DNA of 64,000 nucleotides from Heterodontus francisci (lineage: Eukaryota), in assembly GCF_036365525.1 (NCBI RefSeq), contig NC_090404.1:4216001-4280000 (forward strand), read 5' to 3'. Of this stretch, positions 1 to 11,873 are shown in pieces. The translations under genes were made by a program, and so were the position numbers. The notes beneath the pieces were generated by a model. That model ran no database searches, was not told where the DNA came from, and worked only from the letters and a program-made list of their open reading frames with translations. Positions within the stretch are counted from its first letter, which is position 1. Every line of letters begins with the position of its first letter.

Positions 1-2172
1 TCCCCTTAATGCCATTGACGTCTAGAAATCATGTTAATGATTGCTTTAAATATCCTCATTGACTGAGTTTCCACAAACCGATGGGGTAGAGAATTCCAAA
101 GATTCACAACCCTCTGAGTAATGACATTTCTCCTCATCTCTGCCTGAAGTGGTTTCACCCTTATTTTGAAATTGTGCCCCCTGGTTCTAGATCCCCCAAC
201 AAGGGGAAACATCTTACCTGCATCTACCCTGTCTATCCCCTTAAGTATTTTGTAGGTTACAATGAGATCATCTCTCATTCTTCGAAACTCTAGAGAACAC
301 AGGCCCAAGTTCCCCACTCTCTTTTCATAAGGCAGTCCTGCCATCCAGGGAGCAAGCCTGGTGAGCCTCGTTGCACTCTCTCTTTGGTAATAATATCCTT
401 CCTCAGTAAGGGAACCAAAACGGCACACAATCCTGCAGGTGCTGTTTAACCGAGGTTCTATACAATTGAAGCCAGACTTCACTCGTCCCGTACTCAAAAC
501 CTCTTGCAAAAAAATGATGAGAGATACAGCACTGAAACAGGCCCTTCGGCCCACCGAGTCTGTGCCGACCATCAACCACCCATTGATGCTAATGCTACTC
601 TAATCCCATATTTCTACCACATCCCCACCTGTCCCTATATTTCCCGACCACCTACCTACACTAGGGGCAATTGCTAATGGCCAATTTACCTGTCAACCTG
701 CAAGTCTTTGGCATGTGGGAGGAAACCGGAGCTCCCGGAGGAAACCCACTCAAACACAGGGAGAACATGCAAACTCCGCACAGGCAGTACCCAGAATTGA
801 ACCCGGGACGCTGGAGCGGTGAGGCTGCGGTGCCACCCACTGCATTATTTAATCTCTTACTATTTAAGAAATACTCTGCACATCTATTCCTCCTAGCAAA
901 GTGAATAATCTCACATTTTTCCACATTATGTCCATCTGCCACGTTCTTGCCCACTCACTAGGTCTCTCCAAATCCCCTTGAAGCCGCTTTGCATCTTCCT
1001 CACAACAGACATTCCGGTCTAGTTTTGTGTCATCCATGAACTTTGAAATATTACATTTGGTTCCCATATCTAAATCACTGACAAATATTGTGAACAGCTG
1101 GAGCCTAAATACTGATCCTCGCCGTACCTCACTAGTCACAGCCTGCTAATGCGAGAATTACCCATTTATTACTACTCTCTGCTTTCAGCCTGTTAACAAA
1201 TCCTTAAACTACTCCAGTATATATTACCTCCTATCGCATGTGCTTTCATTTTGCTGACCAACCTCCTGTGGAGGACTTCATCAAAACGTTCTGAAAATCC
1301 AAGTATACTACGTCCATTGACTCTCCTTCATCACTTCTGTTAGTAATATCTTCAAAAAAACTTCTAAAGGTTCGTCAAACATGATTTCCCACTCATAAAA
1401 CCATGTTTACTATGCACAGTCTGATCATTATTATCCAAGTGTCCACTTATTACATCCGTTACAATACATTCGAGCATTTCCCTAGCACTGATGTAAGACT
1501 AACAGGTCCGTATTTCCCTGTTTTCTCTCTCCCTCCCTTCTTAAATTGTGGGGTGACATTTCTCACCTTCCAATTTGCCGGAACCGTTCCAGAATCTATA
1601 GAATTTTGGAATATGATCACCAACACTTCCACTATCTCATAGTTTCCGCTTTTAAAACACTGGGATACGAACATAGGAATTCGGAGCAGGTGTAGGCCAC
1701 TCAGCCCCTCGAACCTGCTACACCATTCAATAAGTTCATGGCTGAACTGATTATTGCATATTACCACCTACCCCCGATCATCTTTCACCCCCTTGCTTAT
1801 CAAGAAGCTATCTACCTCCGCCTTAAACATATTCAAAGACTCTGCTTCCATTGCCTTCTGAGGAAGAGAGTTCCAAAGACTCACGAACCTCTGAGAGTAC
1901 TGGGATGAGAGAGGGATATACAATATCAGGTCCCATGGACTTATCAGCATTTAGCCCTATTAATTTCTCCAATACAACCTTCTTACTAACACCAAATTCC
2001 TTCAATTACTCATTCTCCCTCGTCCCTTGAATCTCTAAAGCTGGGAGATTTATTATACCTTCCTCAGTGAAGACTGACACAAAGTAAGCATTTAGCTTTA
2101 CCATTTCTCTATTCCCCATTTTAAATTCACTTGAATCTGCCTGTAATGGACCCACATTTGCCTTAGCCTAAC
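1..2172 (-). mobile_element. Degenerate CR1-clade LINE ORF2 fragments (RT and 3' end), interrupted by a SINE and a second CR1 3' fragment
   Basis: Minus-strand ORFs read RMRDDLIVTYKILKG...RTRGHNFK, KFMDDTKL (YADD-like) and VPANWKVRNVTPQFKKGGREKTGKYGPVSLTS; many stops and frameshifts. Confidence 0.9.
512..845 (-). mobile_element. tRNA-derived V-SINE (HE1-like)
   Basis: Reverse complement has a tRNA-like head (ggtggcaccgcagcctcacc), the V-SINE core tgcggagtttgcatgttctccctgtg...tttcctcccaca and a CR1-like tail gggccgaagggcctgtttcagtgctg. Confidence 0.8.
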
Positions 2173-2200
2173 GAGTCCGATGCATTCCTGAAGTAGTGCG
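2171..2200 (-). other. Remnant 23-RSS of V-a; nonamer replaced by CR1 sequence
   Basis: Minus strand cgcacta (degenerate heptamer) directly after CAMSP, then 23 nt, then CR1 ORF2-like sequence. Confidence 0.55.
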
Positions 2201-2821
2201 GGGCTCATGGCGCAGAAATGCAAGGCGATGTTGGAGATCAGGGCATTGCCAATCGCTAGCTCAGTAATCTTGGCATCTTTTGTCAACATAGAAACAAACC
2301 AATTAATGATGTCGGTGTTCCTGTGTACATTCCCTCCATTAAGATGAAGCATATACTGTGCCGGCTGCCCAGCGTGCTGACTGCACCAGTACATATAAGT
2401 GTGAGAATCGTTTCTCTTTTCAAGCTACACAGTCGTGTGATGTTACTTTTCTCTTCAATTGTCATTTCAAGGACAGTCTGTTCAATTGTGTCTTGGTGGT
2501 TCAATTATAAGAGAATATCAGAGTAATAGTCATGATTAGAAGCATTATCATCACCACCATCTCAATGAACATAATTATCATCATTTGACCAATAATGAAA
2601 CCTAGGTTGCAGCAGGGAAAATGCATTTTTGCTTGAAAGGAAACATGACAGTAAAGTAATTTAATGATTATTAACAGTGGGAGCCTGTTCCATATGATGC
2701 TTTCTGAGTCTGTAATTCTGCAGTCTGGAAAATCCGCTGTCTGAGCGAACGCATTTCCTAACCCACTGACCTTCTAACTCAGCCAGTGCCAAACAGGGAA
2801 CAGCGACAGCAATCTCTCCAT
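2201..2821 (-). pseudogene. TCR alpha/delta-type V pseudogene (V-a): frameshifted leader 2771-2821, V exon ~2201-2506
   Basis: Leader MERLLSLF/CLALAELEG with gtcagt donor; V exon DTIEQTVLEMTIEEKSNITRLCSLK../YMYWCSQHAGQPAQYML...NALISNIALHFCAMSP (Cys23, Trp41 and Cys104 equivalents, one frameshift); splice acceptor mutated. Confidence 0.8.
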
Positions 2822-3144
2822 AAACACAGGGGAAGCAAGGCGGCTCAGAGCCAGAGCAACTGAAATTTTGCGGGCGGGGCTGCCGCGGGGGCAGTGTTGA
2901 CACATGGAGGATTCATTTGTAAGGAACTGAATTCATTCATAATGTCGCAATCTGAAATTGTATAACTCTGCCTGTCTCTAAGAGTTGTTTTACTTGCGTA
3001 ATTATTGCACATTCGCTACAAGCAGGCTTGCGATATGAAAGACAGAATTATTATATTATTTACAAGTTACCAAAATCTTCATCAGTGAAGTGGGTTAAAA
3101 CTCGGGTGGGAATGTAACGGTGGGAAATGGAATGAAATGGTAAT

Positions 3145-3700
3145 AAAAGCAAAATACTGCAGATGTTGGAAATCTAATAGGACAAGGTCACAGAAAATAA
3201 CTGAGCAGCAGGTCATGGACCAAAGGCAGCGGTATGTTAATGGTGTGGTCACATACAAGCGTTAGTGCAGAGAGGGTGCACATTGACAGAAAACGAACAG
3301 CCCTGACCCCAAGCACAAGCATGAAAAAAACTGTGAGTAGGCACAATAGAAACAAACGAAGCAAATTAAAATAAAATAAAAGAAACAAATAACAAAGAAA
3401 AAAGAAAAAATAACTAAGAATAAAAATTAAAAGGTGGGTCCGTCATGCACTGAAATTTTTGAACTCAGTGTTCAGTCCGGCAGGCTGTAGTGTGCCGAAT
3501 CGGTAACTGAGATGCTGTTCCTCGAGCTTGCGTTGACGTTCACTGGAACACTGCAGCAACCCCAGGACAGAGATGTGGGCATGAGAACAGGGGTTGAATT
3601 GAAATGGACAGCAACCGGAAGCTCGGGGTCATGCTTTCGGACTGAGTGGAGGTGTTCTGCAAAGCGGTCACCCAATCTGCGTTTAGTCTCCTCGACATTG
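3145..3700 (-). mobile_element. Penelope-like element 3' fragment (GIY-YIG end plus terminal repeat)
   Basis: Minus-strand RRLGDRFAEHLHSVRKHDPELPVAVHFN motif; terminal aaaagcaaaatactgcagatgttggaaatc shared with other copies in the window. Confidence 0.8.
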
Positions 3701-3846
3701 GGGACGGAAGTGGCTGTTCAGAGATGTAGAAATGGACGAGAGAAGAAATTCCAGCCGGTCTAATAACAACCCGGCGCTGTTTCTTCCTTTCCAGGTTCTG
3801 TAAGGTCGCAGTCTCTGTTTCTGAAGTTAAGACTGGAATCGCCGAG

Positions 3847-4313
3847 ATTAAACTCTGCCTGACACCACTTATTGTCCTGATCACAGGTCGGTACCATTAT
3901 AAACTCCCTGCAACATTCGCCAATCATCATTAAATTTCCCATCTCCAGCTGCGGGTCACTTTCACTTTATTATACTTCATCTAACATGCTGTGTGTCCGC
4001 TGTTTATTTTCAGAGATGGGTAACAGAGACTCAGGGCTCCAGTAAGAACAAGGAGTTGGATCAGTAAATTTAGCAATAATCTATAGTTGTTCTGCATGGT
4101 TTCACTTGCCAGCTGTAACCTGTTCTGGCATCACCAGTATCCACACCAAGCTCCTTAGTATCTGTTCAGAACCGATAGTCACGAAAATAAGGAAACGGCT
4201 CCCGGTTTTGAACACTTCAGCGGTAATCTCAACCGGATGCAAGGCACTTTTCTCCTGCCTATGAAAGGCTTGAGGATCACAGACAACGACTATTATTACT
4301 GCACCATAAGACC
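3847..4313 (+). pseudogene. TCR alpha/delta-type V pseudogene (V-b): leader-like 3847-3886 (ATT for ATG), V exon 4014-4313
   Basis: tttcag acceptor at 4013; CNLFWHHQYPHQAP*YLF...HFSGNL...LRITDNDYYYCTIRP; in-frame stop and a disrupted 5' part. Confidence 0.8.
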
Positions 4314-4352
4314 CACAGTGAATAAGATTCCTCGAGCAGAACACAGGTCGGC
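4314..4352 (+). other. RSS of V-b (perfect heptamer, nonamer lost)
   Basis: cacagtg at 4314-4320 directly after YYCTIRP; no good nonamer at 23 nt. Confidence 0.6.
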
Positions 4353-5197
4353 ATTAAGGGTGGGCGCCAAGTAAATACAAGGGATTGAATCCCAGAGAGT
4401 TTGCACAGAAAATGAAGGGAATATGCACTTTTTTCGAGCTGTTTTCTCAGTCAGTGCTCTCACCGTTGTGAAATGTAACATTTTTGCAGCATTTGAATCT
4501 AGGGTCAAATTCAGATATTCCCAGCTACCTGTTAACAATGACTTGCAGATCTCTGGGATGAATAACAGGATCGATCTGTCCAAGTAACATATCCGTCAGG
4601 CCACATCTTGCAAAGTTTCTGGAATTGCATTGGTAACAAAAGCGGCTGAATGAAATCATCACTTTACTGGTACAAGTTGAACATAAGTGATACCGCACAC
4701 CGATTTGAAGAGGAGTGGCTACTTATAATGTCCTTGATAGCCTTAGGACTGTAGCAATGATGTTCATGGTCGGGAGGGTATTCATTCATACCAGGGCTTG
4801 AGAGCAAATCGAATTATTTCACCTTAATTAGAGAGAGATCTATTTCTCATATAACATAAAGATATCCAGTTATACAACAATGGAGACAAAGTGAGAAAGA
4901 AGCAGAAAGACTGACAACGAGATAAAGAACAAGCGACTGAGACAGGGAGAAAGACGCACAAACGTATTCAGGGAAGAAAGTATTGGTGAGACACAGCAGT
5001 AATTAGTCCTCAACGAACCTGATTGGTTCACAGTTGACATAATATCTGAGCCACCAGCCAACGTTACCCAGAGAAACACCCGTCCGTTTTCCAATAAGTG
5101 AATTCTGCCTCGATCAAAGGTCATTCTTCAATGTAGGATTGGAAAATTAACAATTAAAGCATTCTGCTATTTTCAGTCGAACGCTAAACCAGACAGC

Positions 5198-5625
5198 ATG
5201 TGCTTCCTACGTTTCTTACTGATGATACTGGTCTTGTTGTCGCATGAACCTATGTTTAAAAGAAAAGTGTGTCCTCCATTGGTTATATTCAGTCTTCTAA
5301 TTTCGACTTCTGTGTATTGTTACAGGAATGAGTGGTGACGATTCAGTGTCCCTGGACCCACTTGAATTAACGGTTCAGGAAAGACGGGCGGTAATTCTGA
5401 ACTTTAGTTACACGACAGCGTAGCCTGACTTAAATCTTTTCTGGTACATGCAGTATCTGAGGGAAGCTCCGAGATTTTACTGAGAACATGCAGCATGGTA
5501 CAGGGGGATAAATCTCCAGATTTTCCAGATTCTGGTGAATTGGACAAAGAAAAGAAAACAGTTCCTTCAAAAGTCGACGGGGCTCTTGTCTCTGACTCTG
5601 CGGTGCGTTACTGTGTCCTCCGCCT
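5198..5625 (+). pseudogene. TCR alpha/delta-type V pseudogene (V-c): leader from 5198, V exon 5326-5625
   Basis: Leader MCFLRFLLMILVLLS; acceptor ttacag at 5325; GMSGDDSVSLDPLELTVQE...ILNFSYTTA*PDLNLFWYMQYLREAPRF/LL...VSDSAVRYCVLR; stop, frameshift and loss of the first Cys. Confidence 0.85.
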
Positions 5626-5664
5626 CACACTGTCAGAGGAGCGCAGTCTGTCAGTACAAACATG
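5626..5664 (+). other. 23-RSS of V-c
   Basis: cacactg + 23 nt + acaaacatg. Confidence 0.8.
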
Positions 5665-6409
5665 TCAAAGGACTCTCACCTCCTCTCACTGAATCTGGAT
5701 TGTTATCTGATAATGGAACACAAACCAAACTATGGAGATAAACACATGGGTCAATTTATAGATGGGTAGTTCATTAAACAGTTAGAAAGATAAATGGACA
5801 GTCTCCTCGCCTTCACTTTCTCCTTCAATGATCTCTTCCTCCTTTGTTTGAAAGTATCCAGCTGCTGCAGACAGGCGCCTGTGAATTCCGGCTGTGGAGT
5901 CTGTGAGTATAAAGCTCAGTGTGTTTCACAGCTCAGTAACGGGTTGGTTCTTGTTCGTTTGGGAGCTGAATGATGAGATAGTTGGACATTAGCACTTCAG
6001 TCATCACTCCGATTGCCCGACTGCAACATAACCAAGAGGTGGATCGGATCATGAAGAATATAAAACAGTTAACTCTGGATATAACTTTAAATTAAACTGC
6101 GGAATTATAGCTTAGGGACACGGGTTCAAACTATGAAAGGTCATTTCAGGACCGGTATCAGGAAATTCTTCAGCAATCAATGCGTGGAATCAAGTTCCAG
6201 ATGCAACAGAAGATGGTCAAACCTGGGAATAATTTCATAAAATGATGGATATTCCAAAGGCGAAGGTTGGAGCAGGATGGGGTTGGAGGCATGTTGGTGT
6301 TAAACAGTCTATCCTAAGAGTGGCAGAATTCCAACTCCCGCCCTGCATGATCCTGTGATCTTGTGATCAATCGCAGGAGTCGGCAATTTGTTTTGGACAT
6401 GCAGTCGCT

Positions 6410-6720
6410 TGTAGTCACCAGCAGAGGGCACTAAATGTCTTCACTGTGTTGGTGTCAATGTGGCAGCGACTGCAGCTTCAGTATTGAGTAACTTTACTGA
6501 AGAAGCGGATTGAAGAAAAGTTTCGGTAACAGAAACATTCATTTCAAATGGAAGTTGTTTTTATCAATGTCATGATGAAGGAATAAAATATTATTACTAA
6601 TGGCGATATTCTGCATTTTGTAAGAAGCCGATCACCACAGAATCACTCAGTCCATTTGTTGCGACACTCCGCCACTCTCCTCAAAGCTGTCAATTATTCC
6701 CTATTGCATTCAAGTAAAAG
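6410..6720 (+). mobile_element. Possible Gypsy/Ty3 gag remnant
   Basis: Broken frames read QQRAL..LHCVG..QRL and TESLSPFVATLRHSPQSCQL, resembling vertebrate Gypsy gag motifs (RALLLHCLG.EGQR; GES..FVA.LR.LA..C.F). Confidence 0.4.
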
Positions 6721-6989
6721 GTGCTGGCTGTCTCGTTTATCTGCAGAACAACTGCAAACTTGTTATGCTGGCTGTGGGAAATTCTAATGAGCAGTGCACA
6801 GCTCTTCTCGTGGAATTCAATGGCACAGATGCCAGGACAACATGAATTATTTTCCTCATGCACCAGCCTCACAGACTGGCTCTGTTAAAGGGCCAACATT
6901 GAGTTTTAACCCCGTCCAGTTCCCTGTTGTGAGAACAATTTCCCTGTTCACTGCTCTGATGTCATCAATTCTGGATGAAAGGACCGAAG

Positions 6990-7112
6990 AGCTGATTGGA
7001 TGAATTGCAGTACTAATGCACTGAGTGCTGATTGGATGAACTGGAGAATAAAGGATTTGTGATCTGATTGGACGAATTAAACAACAAAGGACCCGTGAGT
7101 TGACTGGATGTC
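6990..7112 (+). repeat. Short imperfect tandem repeat (~36-40 bp, 4 units) built on ctgattggatgaa
   Basis: gctgattggatgaa / gctgattggatgaa / tctgattggacgaa / ttgactggatgtc at regular spacing. Confidence 0.65.
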
Positions 7113-7651
7113 ACATGCTGTCCAGGCCAGCAATGGACCTATCGGGAGAAAGGCTGGATATCGAACAGCATCTTCTAAAGGCCTGATGAAAACAATTCCA
7201 GCTTCAATCAGTTCAGTTCATATCAGCCCACAACTGTCTGAAAACGTGTTGGATGTTACTTTTTATTTATTCCTCACAGCTGCAGCTCTCTTAACTGGGA
7301 AGTTCACAATTTGCACAAGGCCGCCTTTCACATCTTGATCATATAGTTCATCGGTCTGTTCCCTGAAAACAAGGGTAACAATCGATTGATCGGAAGTGAA
7401 CAAAGCAATCCGGATCTACCTTGAGTCAACACTGAACACTGTTTGAGCAAACTCGACAAGCTCCCCCAATAAGAGAAATTGGAAGAGTTGAGCTGAGATT
7501 ACAGGGGAATGGCAGACAGACATGGCCCTCCCCACCAGGGCTAATGACAGACACCGATAGACACACGAGTCTTACACCCACAGGCCGTTTGTCGGCTTCC
7601 CTTCACAATCGATCCCAGCACCTACCTGTTGCAGCTTCTGAACTGTGGAAA

Positions 7652-8064
7652 GTGTATTTGTGTTTACCTGTCCTGATTTCTCAGTTAAGTATTGGGGGTG
7701 ACGGGCTGATTCTCGGAGATAGACGTTGGTTAATTTGATATTGCTCTGTTCTTGCAGGATATTGTCGAGGAGACTCCGTTTCACAGACACCGGCTGTAAT
7801 CACAGTAAGTGAAGGAGACGATGTTCGGTTGCACTGTGATTATACAACTACAAGCAGCAGCAATCCTTACCTATTCTGGTACCGTTAGTATCCCAGTGGA
7901 TACATGGAATATCTGCTGCAAAGAAACAAATACAGTGAGGACCGAGAAAGATTTCCAGAGGACCGTTTTTCAGCGGAGCTCGATGATTCGATCCGAACCA
8001 TCCCACTGAAAGAATCTAAAACAGAACTGACAGACTCTGCGGTGTACTACTGCGCACTGAGACC
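7652..8064 (+). pseudogene. TCR alpha/delta-type V pseudogene (V-d), nearly intact: leader 7652-7688, V exon 7758-8064
   Basis: YCRGDSVSQTPAVITVSEGDDVRLHCDYTTTSSSNPYLFWYR*YPSGYMEYLLQRNKY...DRFSAELDDSIRTIPLKESKTELTDSAVYYCALRP; single TAG at 7886-7888; leader begins with GTG. Confidence 0.92.
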
Positions 8065-8103
8065 CACAGAGACACAGAGCTGGGCTGATCCTGAACAAAA
8101 ACT
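8065..8103 (+). other. 23-RSS of V-d
   Basis: cacagag + 23 nt + acaaaaact. Confidence 0.9.
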
Positions 8104-8279
8104 GTCAGAGAGTCTCTCAACATCACAGCAAGTTAGGGAAACATTGTGATTGGAGGCGAGTGTCTGCATTAGTGATTAGAACTTGTACTGTTAATGTTAA
8201 TATACAGTTATCCTTTTTCCTGCAATGTTTCACTTTTCAAATAATGATCTAATTTCCTTTTAAAAGTAACGATTGAATC

Positions 8280-9170
8280 TGTCTCATATAAGCCCACAGA
8301 CTCCCATAACTACCTCGACTACACTTCTTCACACCCTACCTCCTGTAAGGACTTTATTTTATTATCCCAGTTTCTCGGTCTCCAAGGCATCAGTTCTGAT
8401 GATGCAACCTTCGGCAACAGCGCTTCTGACCTGTTTTCCTCTTTCCTCAACACAGCATTCCCCGTACCATCCCACACCACCTCCCCCGCTCCACCCCCAC
8501 AGCCACACTGTTGTTGACGGGGCCCTTCAACCGTGTCTGGCCTATTTCCCACACTTCTGCCCGCACCCCTTCCCCTCCATCCCAGAACCGCGACAGGGTT
8601 CCCCTTGTCCTCACTTTCCACCTCACCAGCCTCCATATCCAAAGGATCATCCTCCACCATTTCTGCCACGTCCAGCGTGATGCCAATACCAAACGCAGCT
8701 TCCCCTCCTCTCCCATGTCAGCATTCCGAAGGGATCATTCCCTCCACGGCACCCTAGTCCACTCCTCCATTACCCCCAAAGGCCGTCTCCTTCCTATGGC
8801 TCCTTCCCATGCAATCACTGGAGGTGCAATACCTGCCCCTTTACCTCCTCTCTCCTCACTATCCACGGTCCGAAACACTCCATTCAGAAGAAGCAGAGGT
8901 TTGCTTGTACTTCCTTCAATGCAGTATACTGTATTCGCTGCTCGCAATGCAGTCACCTCTGCACTCGGGAGACCAAAGGCAGATTGGGTGACCGCTTTCG
9001 GGAACACCTCTGCTCAGTCTAAAAACATGCCCCGAGCTTCTTGTCGCTTGTCATTTCAATACCCGCACCCGCTCCCACCCATACAAAGTCCCGCCCCCTC
9101 CCACCCTCCAACTCCCCCCCCCAACTCTGCTCTCTTGACGACTTCTCTGTCCTGGGCTTGCAGCAGTGTT
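8280..9170 (+). mobile_element. Penelope-like element (RT C-terminus plus GIY-YIG endonuclease), degenerate
   Basis: KPTDSHNYLDYTSSHP, RVPLVLTFH and VYCIRCSQC...ETKGRLGDRFREH motifs. Confidence 0.85.
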
Positions 9171-9171
9171 A

Positions 9172-10965
9172 CGTGTGCTGTGGACAGAGTGGAACCAGTG
9201 GATGGAGCTTACTTAGGTTTCCAGAAGGCATTTGATAAGGTGCCACATCAAAGATTATTGCAGAAAATAAAAGCTCATGGTGTAGGGGGTTACATATTGA
9301 CATGGACAGAAGATTGGTTAGCTAACAGCAACAGAGAGTCGGCATAAATAGGTCAGTTTCTGAATGGCAAGATGTAACGAATGGTGTGTCACAGGGCTCT
9401 GTGCTGGGGCCTCAACTTTTTACAATTTATATAAATGACTTCGATGAAGGGACCGAAGGTATGGTTGCTCAATTTGCTGATGACACAAAAATGGCTGGAA
9501 AGTAACTTGCAAAGAGGACATAAGAAGGCTACAAAGGGATGTAGATAGGTTAAGTGAGTGGGATAAGATCTGGAAAAGTGTGCATAATGTGGGAAAGTGT
9601 GAGATTGTCCATTTTGGCAGGAAGAATATAAATGAAACATGTTATCTAAATGGTGAGAGATTTCCGAGCTGTGAGATGCAGAGGGATCTTGGTGCCCTAG
9701 TGCATGAATCGCAAAAGGTTAGTATGCAGATACAGCACATAATTAGGAAAGCTAATAGAATGTTATCGTTTAATTGAATACAAAAGTAAGCAGGTTATGC
9801 TTCAGCTATAAAGGACGTTGGCGTGACCACATCTGGATTACTGTGTACAGTACTGGTTCCTCATTTAAGGAAGGATGTAAATACGTTGGAGGCAGTACAG
9901 AGATGGTTTCCGAGATGAATACCTGGAATGGATGGGCTTTCTTACCAGGAAAGGTCCTGGGGAAAATTGATATACAGAGAGATTTGGGTGTTCAGGTCCA
10001 TTGTTCCCTGAAGGTGGCAACGCAGGTCAATAGAGTGGTCAAGAAGGCATACGGCATGCTTTCCTTCATCGGACGGGGTATTGAGTACAAGAGTTGGCAG
10101 GTCATGTTACAGTTGTATAAGACTTTGGTTCGGCCACATTTGGAATACTGCGTGCAGTTCTGGTCGCCACATTACCAAAAGGATGTGGATGCTTTGGAGA
10201 GGGTGCAGAGGAGGTTCACCAGGATGTTGCCTGGTATGGAGGGCGCTAGCTATGAAGAGAAGTTGAGTAGATTGGGATTATTTTCATTCGAAAGACGGAG
10301 ATGGAGGGGGGACCTGATTGAGGTGTACAAAATCATGAGAGGTTAGATAGCAAGAAGCTTTTTCCCAGAGTGGGGGGTTCAATTACTAGGGGTCATGAGT
10401 TCAAAGTGAGAGGGGAAAAGTTTAGGGGGGATATGCGTGGAAAGTTCTTGACGCAGAGGGTGGTGGGTGCCTGGAACGCGTTGCCAGCGGAAGTGGTAGA
10501 CGCGGGCATGATAGCATCTTTTAAGATGTATCTAGACAGATACATGAATGGGCAGGAAGCAAAGAGATACAGACCCTTAGAAAATAGGCGACATGTTTAG
10601 ATAGAGGATCTGGATCGGCGCAGGCTTGGAGGGCCGAAGGGCCTGTTCCTGTGCAGTAATTTTCTTTGTTCTTTGTTCTTTGAAAGATAGGATGAGGTTG
10701 GCTTGCATCAGCTGGAACTTAGAGGAGTAAGAGGCGACTTGATTGAAACATATAATATCTTGAGGGGGCTTGACAGGGTGGATGTGGAAAGGATGGTTCC
10801 CCTTGTGGGAGAATCTCAAACTGTTACTGTTTAAAATTAAGGTGTCGCCCATTTAAGACCGCGATGAGGAGAATTTTTTTCTCTCAGAGGGTCGGCAGTC
10901 TTTGGATTCCTCTTCCTCAAAAGGCAGTGGAAGCAGAATCTTTGAATATTATTAAGGTAGAGTTA
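9172..10965 (+). mobile_element. CR1 LINE RT/3' region with a younger CR1 3' fragment nested at ~9955-10680
   Basis: FQKAFDKVPHQRLL, QFADDTK, LVRPHLEYCVQFWSP; nested copy ends in a tttgttc repeat tail. Confidence 0.9.
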
Positions 10966-11430
10966 GATATTTTATTTATTTTCATCATTCGTTTTTTAAC
11001 TATGTGTCTCCCCACTTTTTGTTCGTGTTTGTGCTTTTGGCTTGGGCTGTTAATTATTCTGTCATTTAATATCCTCTCTGCACTAATGCTTCGTCCTTCA
11101 CCACACGATTGGCACTCTCTTTGCCTTTGCCCCATGACCTCCTTGTCTGTTAATCGCTGACCATCTGTCCTATCAACACTTTCCCTTTTGTTCCCTTTAC
11201 CCCCAACCCCGCTTTATTTGTATCTAAGCTATTACATTTCTAAACTTTGCCAATTCTGATGAAAGGTCAGTCACATGAAACGTTAACTCTGCTTCTCTCT
11301 CCTCAGATGCTGAGTGCTTCCATCACGTTTTATTTTTATTAATGTTTTTGTGTCCAGCTGTTACTGACCCTCCCTCACACGGGCAACAGTTTCTCTTTAT
11401 TCACTCTATCAAAATCTATTTTTTCTTCAT

Positions 11431-11834
11431 ATGTCACTCAGTGATCTTTTATTCTTTATATTGTATCCTGCTTTTGTTGGGATTTACTATTCACACATTC
11501 TCTAAATGTTTCTCTCTCTATCCTGCAGAGAGCGGCCTTGAAGGCATCACTCATCAACGAAAAGAAGATGTGACAGCTCGGGGAAGAGTGATCTCCACCA
11601 TGACGAGCTCCTATACTGAGGTGACGAGAGTTTGCCTGGAATGGTACCGGGATGGTCTCTCCGTGGATCCGGAGAAATTCTCATCCACTGCACCGACGGG
11701 TTCATTGACAATTCGTCTTTTGCAACCCGGCGCTTCACCACATCTTTGGTCAAAAAATACACGGCCGTCAGTGAAACAGTTTCACAGGTGGCAGCTGCCG
11801 ATACCAGGAAATACTTCTGAGTCTTAACACCGCA
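11431..11834 (+). pseudogene. TCR alpha/delta-type V pseudogene (V-e): possible leader 11431-11476, V exon 11529-11834
   Basis: ctgcag acceptor; ESGLEGITHQ...TEVTRVCLEWYRDG...PE/ILIHCTDG...RRFTTSL...AADTRKYF*VLTP (TGA at the second Cys); frameshift. Confidence 0.75.
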
Positions 11835-11873
11835 CACAGCCGTGTAGGTTGGGAAAGAGCCTATACATAAACT
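11835..11873 (+). other. 23-RSS of V-e
   Basis: cacagcc + 23 nt + acataaact. Confidence 0.75.

Noticed and set aside
6690-6872. Minus-strand 60-aa ORF as an exon of a host gene
   Set aside because: No splice context or recognisable domain; the opposite strand next to it is better explained as a Gypsy-like remnant
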